64,000 nucleotides of DNA, from contig CACECP010000001.1 in assembly GCA_902558095.1 (NCBI GenBank), forward strand, positions 11,353 through 75,352, read 5' to 3'. Below are positions 1 through 9,109 of this stretch, piece by piece. The stretch's first letter is position 1; each line of letters opens with the position of its first letter. The translations under genes and the position numbers were made by a program. The notes beneath the pieces were generated by a model that was given only the letters and a program-made list of their open reading frames with translations, was not told the origin of the DNA and searched no databases. The stretch comes from an uncultured SAR86 cluster bacterium. GTDB taxonomy: Bacteria; Pseudomonadota; Gammaproteobacteria; Magnimaribacterales; D2472.

Positions 1-2
1 AT

Positions 3-524
3 CCATTTTCACAACCAAGTGGTGAGTTTTTAGGATTTTGTGAATTGGTTGAATTAATAGATCCAGATCAGATAACCCTTGTTCCGGATACTGTTGATCA
101 AATTACATCTGATCATGGTTGGTTTTCTGGATCACATGACGACAAACTTAAAAATATAATTGAGATATTAAAGACTAAATGTACCAGTCCGAATATTAGC
201 TTATTTATAGATAATTTAAATGGTGTTGAATATGCTAATGAAATGGGCGCAGGCCTCATTGAGATTCATACAGGCAACTTTTCGAAGGCTATTGAAAAGA
301 ATGATGAAAGTGCTCTCTTAGAGATAAAAAGCATTGTGGATTTAGCACAAAGAAAGAATTTAAAAATTAATGCAGGCCATGATTTGAATTTAAATAATTT
401 ACATTATTTAGTCCAAATGGATAACATTAATGAGGTTTCTATTGGACATGCGATTATAATAGATTCATTACATTATGGATTTGAAGAGACAATAATAAAA
501 TATTTAAAAATTATTAGGAAATAA
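3..524 (+). CDS. pdxJ: Pyridoxine 5'-phosphate synthase, C-terminal part (5' end lies upstream of the window)
   Basis: The frame is open from base 3. The listed start at 45 is only an in-frame TTG. PdxJ-like motifs: ITLVPD, IEIHTG, NAGHDLNLNNL, EVSIGHAII. Confidence 0.8.
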   Translation, partial: PFSQPSGEFLGFCELVELIDPDQITLVPDTVDQITSDHGWFSGSHDDKLKNIIEILKTKCTSPNISLFIDNLNGVEYANEMGAGLIEIHTGNFSKAIEKNDESALLEIKSIVDLAQRKNLKINAGHDLNLNNLHYLVQMDNINEVSIGHAIIIDSLHYGFEETIIKYLKIIRK

Positions 525-525
525 A

Positions 526-840
526 ATGAATATAGAAGAAAAACTAAGAGAACAAATCAAAGAAAATAATATTTTGATATATATGAAAGGCACTCCCTAT
601 GAACCTCAATGTGGATTTTCAGCTAGAACCGTTAAGATTTTAATAGAATGTGAATCTCAGTTTAGTTATGTTGATGTTCTTGAAAATAATGATGTTAGGG
701 TTGCTTTACCAAAAGTGTCTGATTGGCCAACCTTTCCTCAAGTATTTATAAATGGAGAATTGGTTGGAGGTGCTGATATTATTGCTCAGATGAATGAAAG
801 TGGAGAGTTAAAAAAACTTATAGATTCTGCTCAAAGTTAG
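526..840 (+). CDS. grxD: Monothiol glutaredoxin (Grx4 family)
   Basis: 104 aa. CGFS active site (PQCGFSARTV). C-terminal WPTFPQVFINGELVGGADI. Confidence 0.9.
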   Translation: MNIEEKLREQIKENNILIYMKGTPYEPQCGFSARTVKILIECESQFSYVDVLENNDVRVALPKVSDWPTFPQVFINGELVGGADIIAQMNESGELKKLIDSAQS

Positions 841-1478
841 TTATCAAAATTATTTACAATTGAACAAAAAACTTTAGCAGTTACTGCAGTGTCGTATGCT
901 GCTGAATGAGCTTCATCATTATCATAATCTATGCCCAATTCATCACATATTCTTGCTAGAACAGTTTGTCCAGTAGCCAATACTCCTAATGAAACTGTAT
1001 CAATTAATGAAAATTTATGAAAAGGAGTTTTCTTTATATTGTTTCTTTTATAGGCTGCAGCTAAAAATGAACTATCAAAGTGTGCATTATGACCAACCAA
1101 TATAGCTCTTGAACATTCATATTTATTTTTAGTCTTATTAATTATTTTAAATAAATCATTTAATGCATCTTTTTCATTAATACCATTTCTTAATGGATGA
1201 TCAAGTTTTATCTTTGTAAACTCTAGAGATTCTTCTTCTACAATAGATCCTTCAAAAGGCTCAATATGATGCCTGTAAGTGTCCCCAACTATCAGTTTGT
1301 TATCTTCTTCTTCTATTAGGGTTATAGCGATCTCTAATATTGCATTAATTTCTGGATCAAAACCACCAGTTTCTAAGTCAACAACAATAGGTAAATATTT
1401 TCTAAATCTATTTTTTAACACCAAGCTTTTCTTGTAGTTTAGAGTTTGAGGTTGTATAGCCAAATGGCACGCGTTCAC
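837..1478 (-). CDS. rnt: Ribonuclease T (DEDDh 3'-5' exoribonuclease)
   Basis: Exo motifs VVDLETGG, VGHNAHFDSSFL and HSAAYDTAVTAKVF. The N-terminus parallels E. coli RNase T (RFRGFYPVVIDVETAG). The listed start is a GTG overlapping the upstream gene by 71 nt. In-frame TTG (1424) and GTG (1421) are alternatives. Confidence 0.85.
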   Translation of the reverse strand: MNACHLAIQPQTLNYKKSLVLKNRFRKYLPIVVDLETGGFDPEINAILEIAITLIEEEDNKLIVGDTYRHHIEPFEGSIVEEESLEFTKIKLDHPLRNGINEKDALNDLFKIINKTKNKYECSRAILVGHNAHFDSSFLAAAYKRNNIKKTPFHKFSLIDTVSLGVLATGQTVLARICDELGIDYDNDEAHSAAYDTAVTAKVFCSIVNNFDN

Positions 1479-2445
1479 CAGGATAAATTCTTTTATATGC
1501 TTCCTGGACTGCTAATGTTGTTTCATGAAAACCTGACAATATTAGATCTAATTTTCCTGGATAATCATTTATATCTCCAACTGCAAATATACCTTCCTTG
1601 TTTGTTTGATAATTTTCAGTATTTACTGATATTTTTTTACCATTTAGTCCTAAATCCCATTCTAAAATAGGACCTAACTTCTTATTTAAGCCAAATAAAA
1701 AAATCAGTTCATCTGCATCCTGTGTTTCAATTTCATTTGTTTCAAAATTTTTTAGAGAGACTTCAGTTACACAATCATCACCAATAATAGAATCAATTAG
1801 GTAGGGCGTAAGTAAATTAACTTTACCGTCTTTCACTAGATTCCTCATCATTTCTTCAGTATGTTGAGCGCCTCTAAATGCGTCCCTTCTGTGTACAAGA
1901 GAAATAGATTTTGCAATTTTTGATAATTCGACTGTCCAATCCAATGCCGAATCACCACCACCAAAAATAAAAATATTTTTATTTTGATATTTATCCTTTG
2001 ATTTAACTGCATATGAAACACCTTTATCAATATATTTATCAGGGTTTTCTATATTAGGTGGCCTTCGTGGCTCAAATGATCCTGCACCTGCAGCAATAAA
2101 AATATTTTTAGATATAAATTTATTATCTTCGCTAGTTATAACTTCCCAATAATTTTCATTACCATCTTCGACTTCTTTTAATGAATCTACTCTTTGATTT
2201 AGAAATAGTTCATATGAAAAAGGTTCAATCTGTTTTATTAATGCATCAACATGTTCTTGACCTGTTTGAAAAGGAACTCCTGGAATATCATATATTGGTT
2301 TTTCTGGATAAAGTTCTGCACATTGACCACCAGGTTTATCAAGATTATCAATAAGAACACAATTTAGACCTAGAAGACCAGCCTCAAAGACAGTGAATAG
2401 TCCTACTGGACCAGCTCCTATAACAATAATATCTTTAGTTTCCAT
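1408..2445 (-). CDS. Thioredoxin-reductase-like ferredoxin-NADP+ reductase (YumC type)
   Basis: 345 aa. VIGAGPVG dinucleotide fold, GGQCAELYPEKPIYDIPG, and a second fold GGGDSALDW. No CxxC redox pair, so not a true TrxB. Confidence 0.75.
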   Translation of the reverse strand: METKDIIVIGAGPVGLFTVFEAGLLGLNCVLIDNLDKPGGQCAELYPEKPIYDIPGVPFQTGQEHVDALIKQIEPFSYELFLNQRVDSLKEVEDGNENYWEVITSEDNKFISKNIFIAAGAGSFEPRRPPNIENPDKYIDKGVSYAVKSKDKYQNKNIFIFGGGDSALDWTVELSKIAKSISLVHRRDAFRGAQHTEEMMRNLVKDGKVNLLTPYLIDSIIGDDCVTEVSLKNFETNEIETQDADELIFLFGLNKKLGPILEWDLGLNGKKISVNTENYQTNKEGIFAVGDINDYPGKLDLILSGFHETTLAVQEAYKRIYPGERVPFGYTTSNSKLQEKLGVKK

Positions 2446-4400
2446 TACTTTACTTTCATTCCTGGTTTCGCACCTTCATCTGGCGATATTAAATAAATAC
2501 CATCATCATTACTTGAGGCAAGTACCATACCTTCAGAAATGCCAAATTTCATTTTTCTTGGTGCAAGATTGTTAACAAGAACAACTAGTCTATTATTCAA
2601 CTCTGCAGGGGCATATGAACTTTTAATACCTGCAAAAACATTACGAGTCCCTAGTTCCCCTACATCTAATGTTAGTTGTATTAATTTATCAGCATCTTTA
2701 ACATCTTCTGCTTTCAATATTTTAGCAACTCTTAAATCAACATTAGAGAATTGTTTTATATCTATTATATTTTCATTTTCCATATTATCTTCCTCAGGAA
2801 TTATTAATGGTTCAAGTCTATTTAGCAATGATTTGTAGGTATTTATTTTTCCAGATAATTTAATATCTACATCATCAAACGAACAGTTTTCTAAATTTAA
2901 AAATTTGTATGCATTTTTGGTTATATTTGGAATTATTGGACTCAAATAGATTGTAATAATTTTAAAAGCATTTAATGATGTTGAACAAATGCTTACTGCT
3001 TCATTTATATCTTTTTTCCATGGAGTCTGTTCATTTATATATTTATTAACATCATCTGCCAAGTCCATGATTAATCTTATAAGTTTAGAATAATTTCTTT
3101 CTTCATATAATTTAATAATCTTTTCTTTCTCGTCAGTCAAAGATTTAATTAAATTTTTATCTATGTTCTCAGATAATTCATTATTGTTTTTCTTTAAAAA
3201 TGTAGCACTTCTTGAGGCAATATTTAGATATTTTCCAACCAAATCACTATTAATTCGCTGAACATAATCTTCAAAGTTTAAATCTAAGTCTTCTACCTTA
3301 TCGTTTAATTTTGCAGCTAAATAATATCTTAAGGTTTCTGGATCACACATTTCTGCAAAATCTTTAGCTGAAATTCCTGTGCCTTTTGATTTTGACATCT
3401 TTTCACCATTTATAGTCAGAAAGCCATGAACAAAAATTCCATCTGGAAGTTTAAGATTTGCAGAGCTTAGAAGAGCTGGCCAAAATAAACCATGAAAATA
3501 CGCAATATCCTTGCCTATAAAATGATAAATTTCATAGTCTGAATTTTTTGACCAAAGGTCAGTAGCATTTAGCTTTTTATCTTTAAGCCAATTCTCCATT
3601 GATGCTATGTACCCAATAGGCGCATCAACCCATACATAAAAATATTTATTATCTTCCTCTGGAATTTCAAAACCAAAATAGGGCGCATCCCTTGATATAT
3701 CCCACTTCTTTAAATCATCATTTAGCCACTCTTTTAGTTTATTTTTTATTGGCGTTTGTAAATTTGACTTATCAAGGAACCGATTCAATATATCAATTGT
3801 CTTAGGTAGATCAAAAAAGACATGTTCACTTTTTTTCTTTACTGGTGTTGTTCCAGAAACTATTGAAATAGGATCTTTAATTTCTAAAACATCATAACTT
3901 GCTCCGCATACACTACAATTATCACCGTGTTGATCTTCCGCTCCACATTTAGGACAACTCCCCTTAATAAATCTATCTGATAAAAACATTTTTTCATTTT
4001 CATCATAAAGTTGTTCGATTGTTTCTTTAGAAATTAAATTATTTTTCTTAGCTTCTAAATATATATTTTCAGAAAACTTTCTATTTTCATCACTATGAGT
4101 TGTATAAAAATTTGCAAAATTTATTCCATAAATATCATATGTTTTTTTATGATCATCATACATATCAGAAATTAATTTTTCAGGAGAAATATCCATTTCT
4201 TTTGCTTTAAGCATTACCGGTGTTCCGTGAGTGTCATCAGCACAAAAAAAGTGGCATTCATTTCCATTTAAGTTTTGAAATCTACACCATATATCTGTTT
4301 GAACGGCTTCTAATATGTGACCTAAATGCAATGGTGCATTTGCATATGGCAAAGCTTGTGTAACAAGAATTTTTCTATTATTTTTAGTAGGTATGTCCAT
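2445..4400 (-). CDS. metG: Methionyl-tRNA synthetase with C-terminal tRNA-binding domain
   Basis: PLHLGH (HIGH-type motif), KMSKS verbatim, zinc knuckle CPKCGAEDQHGDNCSVCG, and a C-terminal Trbp111/EMAP-like domain (DLRVAKILKAE...). 651 aa. Confidence 0.95.
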   Translation of the reverse strand: MDIPTKNNRKILVTQALPYANAPLHLGHILEAVQTDIWCRFQNLNGNECHFFCADDTHGTPVMLKAKEMDISPEKLISDMYDDHKKTYDIYGINFANFYTTHSDENRKFSENIYLEAKKNNLISKETIEQLYDENEKMFLSDRFIKGSCPKCGAEDQHGDNCSVCGASYDVLEIKDPISIVSGTTPVKKKSEHVFFDLPKTIDILNRFLDKSNLQTPIKNKLKEWLNDDLKKWDISRDAPYFGFEIPEEDNKYFYVWVDAPIGYIASMENWLKDKKLNATDLWSKNSDYEIYHFIGKDIAYFHGLFWPALLSSANLKLPDGIFVHGFLTINGEKMSKSKGTGISAKDFAEMCDPETLRYYLAAKLNDKVEDLDLNFEDYVQRINSDLVGKYLNIASRSATFLKKNNNELSENIDKNLIKSLTDEKEKIIKLYEERNYSKLIRLIMDLADDVNKYINEQTPWKKDINEAVSICSTSLNAFKIITIYLSPIIPNITKNAYKFLNLENCSFDDVDIKLSGKINTYKSLLNRLEPLIIPEEDNMENENIIDIKQFSNVDLRVAKILKAEDVKDADKLIQLTLDVGELGTRNVFAGIKSSYAPAELNNRLVVLVNNLAPRKMKFGISEGMVLASSNDDGIYLISPDEGAKPGMKVK

Positions 4401-4436
4401 GTAATATCTGTATTATATGTGAAAATATAGATTTAT

Positions 4437-5111
4437 ATGGCCATTAAAAAAATTATTGCATTTGGATCAGCTAAGGGCGGTGTTGGAAAAAGCTCAATTA
4501 CAGCCTCAGTTGCTTTAAGCCTTGCAAAAAAACATAAAGTTGGAATCCTAGATGCAGACATATATGGACCTAATCAAAATATATTATTTAATATTAAAGA
4601 AAAACCAATTATAAAAAATAAACTTATCAAACCTGTTACAAAAAACAATATAGAAATTACCTCAATGGGGTTGATATTAGAAAATGATGTAGCCGCAACA
4701 TGGAGAGGTCCCATGTTGAGTGGAGCTATTAAACAATTAATACATTCAACTGACTGGAGTGAGTTAGATTATTTATTAATTGATATGCCACCAGGAACAG
4801 GTGATGCTTATTTAACTATATTTAAAGAACTAGAAGTTGACCATTTCATCCTTATAAACACTAATCATGTTTTGTCTTCAGCTGACTTAAGTAGAACAAT
4901 CTCTATGTTAAAAAAATTAAATGTTAATATATTGGGATATATAGAAAATAATATTTTTAATGCTGACAAGAAGCCGGTTAATTTTTTTGAGATTAATAAA
5001 ATTAATAAGCTGGCATCATATAGCTTTCACGACAGGATTTGGAGTTTTGATCCTGAATTTGATTGTGAAGAATCAAATGATGTAGCAAAAAAAATTTATG
5101 AAATGACATAA
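4437..5111 (+). CDS. Mrp/ApbC/NBP35-family P-loop ATPase, short form lacking the CXXC cluster-binding motif
   Basis: Deviant Walker A GSAKGGVGKSS, plus DADIYGPN, WRGPM and LLIDMPPGTGD. Divergent from metG, as E. coli mrp is. Only one Cys in the whole protein. Confidence 0.7.
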   Translation: MAIKKIIAFGSAKGGVGKSSITASVALSLAKKHKVGILDADIYGPNQNILFNIKEKPIIKNKLIKPVTKNNIEITSMGLILENDVAATWRGPMLSGAIKQLIHSTDWSELDYLLIDMPPGTGDAYLTIFKELEVDHFILINTNHVLSSADLSRTISMLKKLNVNILGYIENNIFNADKKPVNFFEINKINKLASYSFHDRIWSFDPEFDCEESNDVAKKIYEMT

Positions 5112-5114
5112 AAA

Positions 5115-5813
5115 ATGAGAATAATCACTTTTATATTAATACTTACATCATTTAATATATCTTCAGATGAAGTTAATGACCCATTTGAAGAATTAAATAG
5201 AAAAACTTTTGAATTCAATGAGAAATTAGATTCCACAATCTTAAGACCAACAGCTGAAGTCTATTCTAAATTTCCTCCAAAGGTTAAAACAGGAGTCACT
5301 AATTTTTTTAATAATTTAGAAGAGATAGATACTTCTGTTAATCAACTATTACAGGGCAAACCAAAGAAAGCTCTAAATGATATGACTAGGTTTATTATCA
5401 ATTCAACTATTGGTATTGCAGGATTATTTGATGTAGCAAGTAAAATGGGTCTTGAAAGACATGAAGAAGATTTTGGTCAAACCCTTGCTGTCTGGGGGGT
5501 TCCAGAGGGGCCATATATCATGCTCCCTTTTTTAGGCCCATCAACACTTAGAGATACAGCCAGTCTTCCTGTTTCATCTTTTTTATCTGTTCCATTTCAC
5601 ATGACTGATACAGATGCAAATATTGCGCTTAAATCAATAGACGCATTAGAAACTAGGGAAAGACTTTTAGAGGTTGAATCTTTAATTTCTGGTGACAAAT
5701 ATTCATTTGTAAAAGATGCATATAATCAATCAATGGACTATGAAATTAAAGATGGTATAGATGTAAAGGATGATTTTGTAGATGACATGGATGACTTTCT
5801 AATAGACCAATAA
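5115..5813 (+). CDS. mlaA: MlaA/VacJ-family outer-membrane lipid asymmetry protein
   Basis: NDPFEELNRKTFEFN, TIGIAGLFDVASKMGL, DFGQTLAVWGVPEGPYIMLPFLGPSTLRD. It has a signal peptide but no Cys anywhere. Confidence 0.85.
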   Translation: MRIITFILILTSFNISSDEVNDPFEELNRKTFEFNEKLDSTILRPTAEVYSKFPPKVKTGVTNFFNNLEEIDTSVNQLLQGKPKKALNDMTRFIINSTIGIAGLFDVASKMGLERHEEDFGQTLAVWGVPEGPYIMLPFLGPSTLRDTASLPVSSFLSVPFHMTDTDANIALKSIDALETRERLLEVESLISGDKYSFVKDAYNQSMDYEIKDGIDVKDDFVDDMDDFLIDQ

Positions 5814-6770
5814 ATCCTCTAAATCTTTTTTATGATCTTTCAAAGAATTTTTCTTGATAACTTCTAGAATTTTAATTCTGAATGATTTGGCATACTTATC
5901 ACCCCTAGAAAGACCAAATAAATGTTTCATCATCCTGCCAAGATCATGGCCCTCTGATAATTTTCTTTCAACATAATCAAGATATTGATTTAAAATTTCT
6001 TTTTTTGATATGTCTTGCGGTTCTAATCCAAATATCTCAGATTCAACATTTTTTAGTATAAATGGATTTTCATATGCAGATCTTCCTAACATGACACCAT
6101 CAACTTTTGATAAATGATTATGACATTCTTCAATAGATTTGATACCACCATTAATAATAATTTCTAAACCGGGAAAATCTTTTTTCAGTTTATAAACATA
6201 ATCATATTTAAGAGGAGGTATATTTCTATTTTGTCTAGGACTAAGACCCTTAAGAATTCCATTTCTTGCATGAATTATAAAAATACTAATACCAGATTCT
6301 TTAACAATAGAAATGAAATTATGAAGAAATTCATATGACTCATTATCATCAACTCCTAGTCTACATTTTATTGATATAGGAATATGTACTGAATTTTTCA
6401 TATTACCTAGACAGTCCTTTACAAGCTCTGGTTCTAACATGAGACAAGCTCCAAATTTCCCTTTTTGTACTCTATCTGATGGACAACCAACATTAAGATT
6501 TATCTCATCATATCCATATTGCTCACATTTTTTTGAACACTCTATCAGATCTTTTATATCAGAGCCTCCAAGCTGAACACCAACAGGGTGTTCCTCTTTA
6601 TTAAAATCAAGTTGATTAAAGCATTTACCATAAATCAAAGATCCAGTTGCAATCATTTCTGTATACAAAAAAACTTTTTTTGATATTAACCTTAACAAAT
6701 ATCTATCATGCATATCCGTATATTGCATCATTGGCGCTATACAAAATTTATGAACTGAGTCTTTTACCAT
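5799..6770 (-). CDS. dusA: tRNA-dihydrouridine synthase A
   Basis: FCIAPMMQYTDMHDRYLLRLIS matches the DusA N-terminus. TIM-barrel Dus layout. 323 aa. Confidence 0.9.
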   Translation of the reverse strand: MVKDSVHKFCIAPMMQYTDMHDRYLLRLISKKVFLYTEMIATGSLIYGKCFNQLDFNKEEHPVGVQLGGSDIKDLIECSKKCEQYGYDEINLNVGCPSDRVQKGKFGACLMLEPELVKDCLGNMKNSVHIPISIKCRLGVDDNESYEFLHNFISIVKESGISIFIIHARNGILKGLSPRQNRNIPPLKYDYVYKLKKDFPGLEIIINGGIKSIEECHNHLSKVDGVMLGRSAYENPFILKNVESEIFGLEPQDISKKEILNQYLDYVERKLSEGHDLGRMMKHLFGLSRGDKYAKSFRIKILEVIKKNSLKDHKKDLEDLLVY

Positions 6771-8275
6771 TAAAGAAGGGTATATATAGATATATAACCA
6801 ACAATAGAGAGAATAATAGTATAAGGAAGAGCCATATAGACCATTCTCAAATAAGATAAATTAATTAAAGGAGCAAGAGATGATGTCAAGAGAAATAAGA
6901 ATGCAGCTTGACCATTTGGAGTTGCAATACTTGGTATATTTGTTCCAACGTTAATTGCTATTGCTAAATTGTTAAATTGATCAGTGCCTGCTGGAATTGT
7001 CAAAGCAACTTGTTTTATGTATATCGTTGCAACAAAAACATTATCGCTAACCGCAGATAAGAAACCATTTGCTATATAAAATAGAGATGGCTGAACAGAT
7101 GGATCTTGTAACAATACATAATTGATAACGGGATCAAAGAGCTTTTGGTCATAAATAACACTTACAATTGCAAAAAACACTGCTAATAACGCTGTAAAGG
7201 GTAATGCCTCATGGAATGCTTCTCCAAGGTCATGTTCTTTAGTTACTCCTTTAAAAGCTGTTAATAAAACCATAACAGTAAGCCCAATTAATCCAACTGC
7301 AGCAATGCTAAAAGCTAATGCAAGTACTAAGAAAATCAATACAATTGATTCAATTAGTAACACAGCTTTATCGTTTGTTGTTATGTTTTCATTTCTATAA
7401 TTCGAATAATCGTTAAATATATCTCTTACACTTAATGGTAATTGATTACCAAAACCAGCAATGGAAAACTTTTCAAGCACCACACATGTAACCAATCCAG
7501 TAAATAAAATAGGCATTGTTATGGGAGCCATCTGAAGGAAAAATTCCATAAAATCCCAATTAGCTTTTCCAGCAATTAGTAAATTTTGTGGTTCACCAAC
7601 AGTAGTACACACACCTCCAAGTGCAGTTCCAACAGCGCCATGCATGATAAGATCTCTTAGAAAACCTCTAAAAGCTTCAAGCTCACCATATTTGAGGCTA
7701 TTTATTTGAGAATTATCTTTAAAGTCATGTTGTTGATTTCTAAAATCACCACCAGAAATAACAGCATGATAGATTCTATAAAAACCTATCATTACACCGA
7801 TTAAAACAGCTGTTACTGTCAAGGCATCTAAAAATGCTGATAATATCGCTGCAGAAGCGCAAAAGAGAAGTGATAAAAAAGTTTTAGACCTAATACTTAA
7901 AAGTAACTTTGTAAATATTGTTAGCATTAAGTTCTTCATGAAAAATATACCCGCAACCATAAATATTAATAACAAGATTACTTTTAAATTTTCATTAATT
8001 TCATAATATATTGTTTCAGTTGATGTAAGTCCTAAAATCACTGCTTCAATTGCTAAAAGTCCACCAGGTTGAAGCGGATAGCATTTTAAAGCCATAGCCA
8101 ATGTAAAAATAAATTGAAGAAGGATAATCCATCCTAGAATAAAGCCAGAACTTTCAGGCATTGATAAATTTAAAATAATCAATAATATTGGATTGAATAT
8201 TAGGAATCCTATTATGGTAGACTTGTACCAACTAGGAGCATCACCAAGAAACAGTTTTTGAATTTCGCTTAACAT
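6770..8275 (-). CDS. nhaB: Na+/H+ antiporter NhaB
   Basis: 501-aa polytopic protein. LGDAPSWYKSTIIGFLIFNP and FIFTLAMALKCYPLQPGGLLAIEAV closely match the E. coli NhaB N-terminus. Confidence 0.9.
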   Translation of the reverse strand: MLSEIQKLFLGDAPSWYKSTIIGFLIFNPILLIILNLSMPESSGFILGWIILLQFIFTLAMALKCYPLQPGGLLAIEAVILGLTSTETIYYEINENLKVILLLIFMVAGIFFMKNLMLTIFTKLLLSIRSKTFLSLLFCASAAILSAFLDALTVTAVLIGVMIGFYRIYHAVISGGDFRNQQHDFKDNSQINSLKYGELEAFRGFLRDLIMHGAVGTALGGVCTTVGEPQNLLIAGKANWDFMEFFLQMAPITMPILFTGLVTCVVLEKFSIAGFGNQLPLSVRDIFNDYSNYRNENITTNDKAVLLIESIVLIFLVLALAFSIAAVGLIGLTVMVLLTAFKGVTKEHDLGEAFHEALPFTALLAVFFAIVSVIYDQKLFDPVINYVLLQDPSVQPSLFYIANGFLSAVSDNVFVATIYIKQVALTIPAGTDQFNNLAIAINVGTNIPSIATPNGQAAFLFLLTSSLAPLINLSYLRMVYMALPYTIILSIVGYISIYTLL

Positions 8276-8296
8276 TTTTTATTTAATTAGATTTAT

Positions 8297-9109
8297 ATGC
8301 ATTTTAAAAGATTTTTAGACATTAAAGCTAGCAATAATAATATTTTGATTATCTTTAATAATAATAAGATTTTATATGAGCCTAATCTTAAAACATTTTT
8401 ATTAGAAGAAAATCTTCTAAATATTCAAATTAAAGATCATTTATATATTGGAATTGGTAATAATGGAAAAGATATTTACGCAGTCGACATATCTAATAAT
8501 TCAAATGATGTAAATATAGGATATGAATCTATAGTTGAATATGACCTAAGACATTTGTTAGCAATATCAAATCCTAAAGATATAGTACTTATGGGAAGAG
8601 CTAATCAGTTATTGCACTGGATAAAAAGTAATAAATATTCAGGTTATTCAGGAAAATTAAACGAATTTAATACTAAAGAAGAAGCTTTATATTGTCCTGA
8701 AACATCATCAATGATTTATCCATTAATATCTCCATGTATTTTAGCAATGGTTACTAAAGGTAATGAAATATTGTTAGCTAGAAATAACCTATTTCCAGAG
8801 GGTTTATTTAGTGTACTGGCTGGTTTTGTTGAGGTATCTGAGTCTGCTGAGGAAACGGTTGAAAGAGAGGTAATGGAGGAGGTAGGAATAAAAGTAAAAA
8901 ATATCAACTACTACGGTAGTCAGCCATGGCCATTCCCGTCGCAACTTATGCTTGGATATAAATGTGAGTATGAATCAGGAGATTTAATTATTGATAACAA
9001 TGAGATTGTAGAAGCCAATTGGTACACTGTTGATAATTTACCTTATGTTCCACCAATAACAAGCCTTTCAGGAAAATTAATTAACTCTTTTGTCGAGGAT
9101 CATTCTTAG
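8297..9109 (+). CDS. nudC: NADH pyrophosphatase / RNA NAD-decapping Nudix hydrolase
   Basis: Nudix box GFVEVSESAEETVEREVMEEVGI. NudC-specific SQPWPFPSQLMLGY. The zinc-motif cysteines are mostly replaced (SGYSG instead of CGYCG). Confidence 0.8.
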   Translation: MHFKRFLDIKASNNNILIIFNNNKILYEPNLKTFLLEENLLNIQIKDHLYIGIGNNGKDIYAVDISNNSNDVNIGYESIVEYDLRHLLAISNPKDIVLMGRANQLLHWIKSNKYSGYSGKLNEFNTKEEALYCPETSSMIYPLISPCILAMVTKGNEILLARNNLFPEGLFSVLAGFVEVSESAEETVEREVMEEVGIKVKNINYYGSQPWPFPSQLMLGYKCEYESGDLIIDNNEIVEANWYTVDNLPYVPPITSLSGKLINSFVEDHS

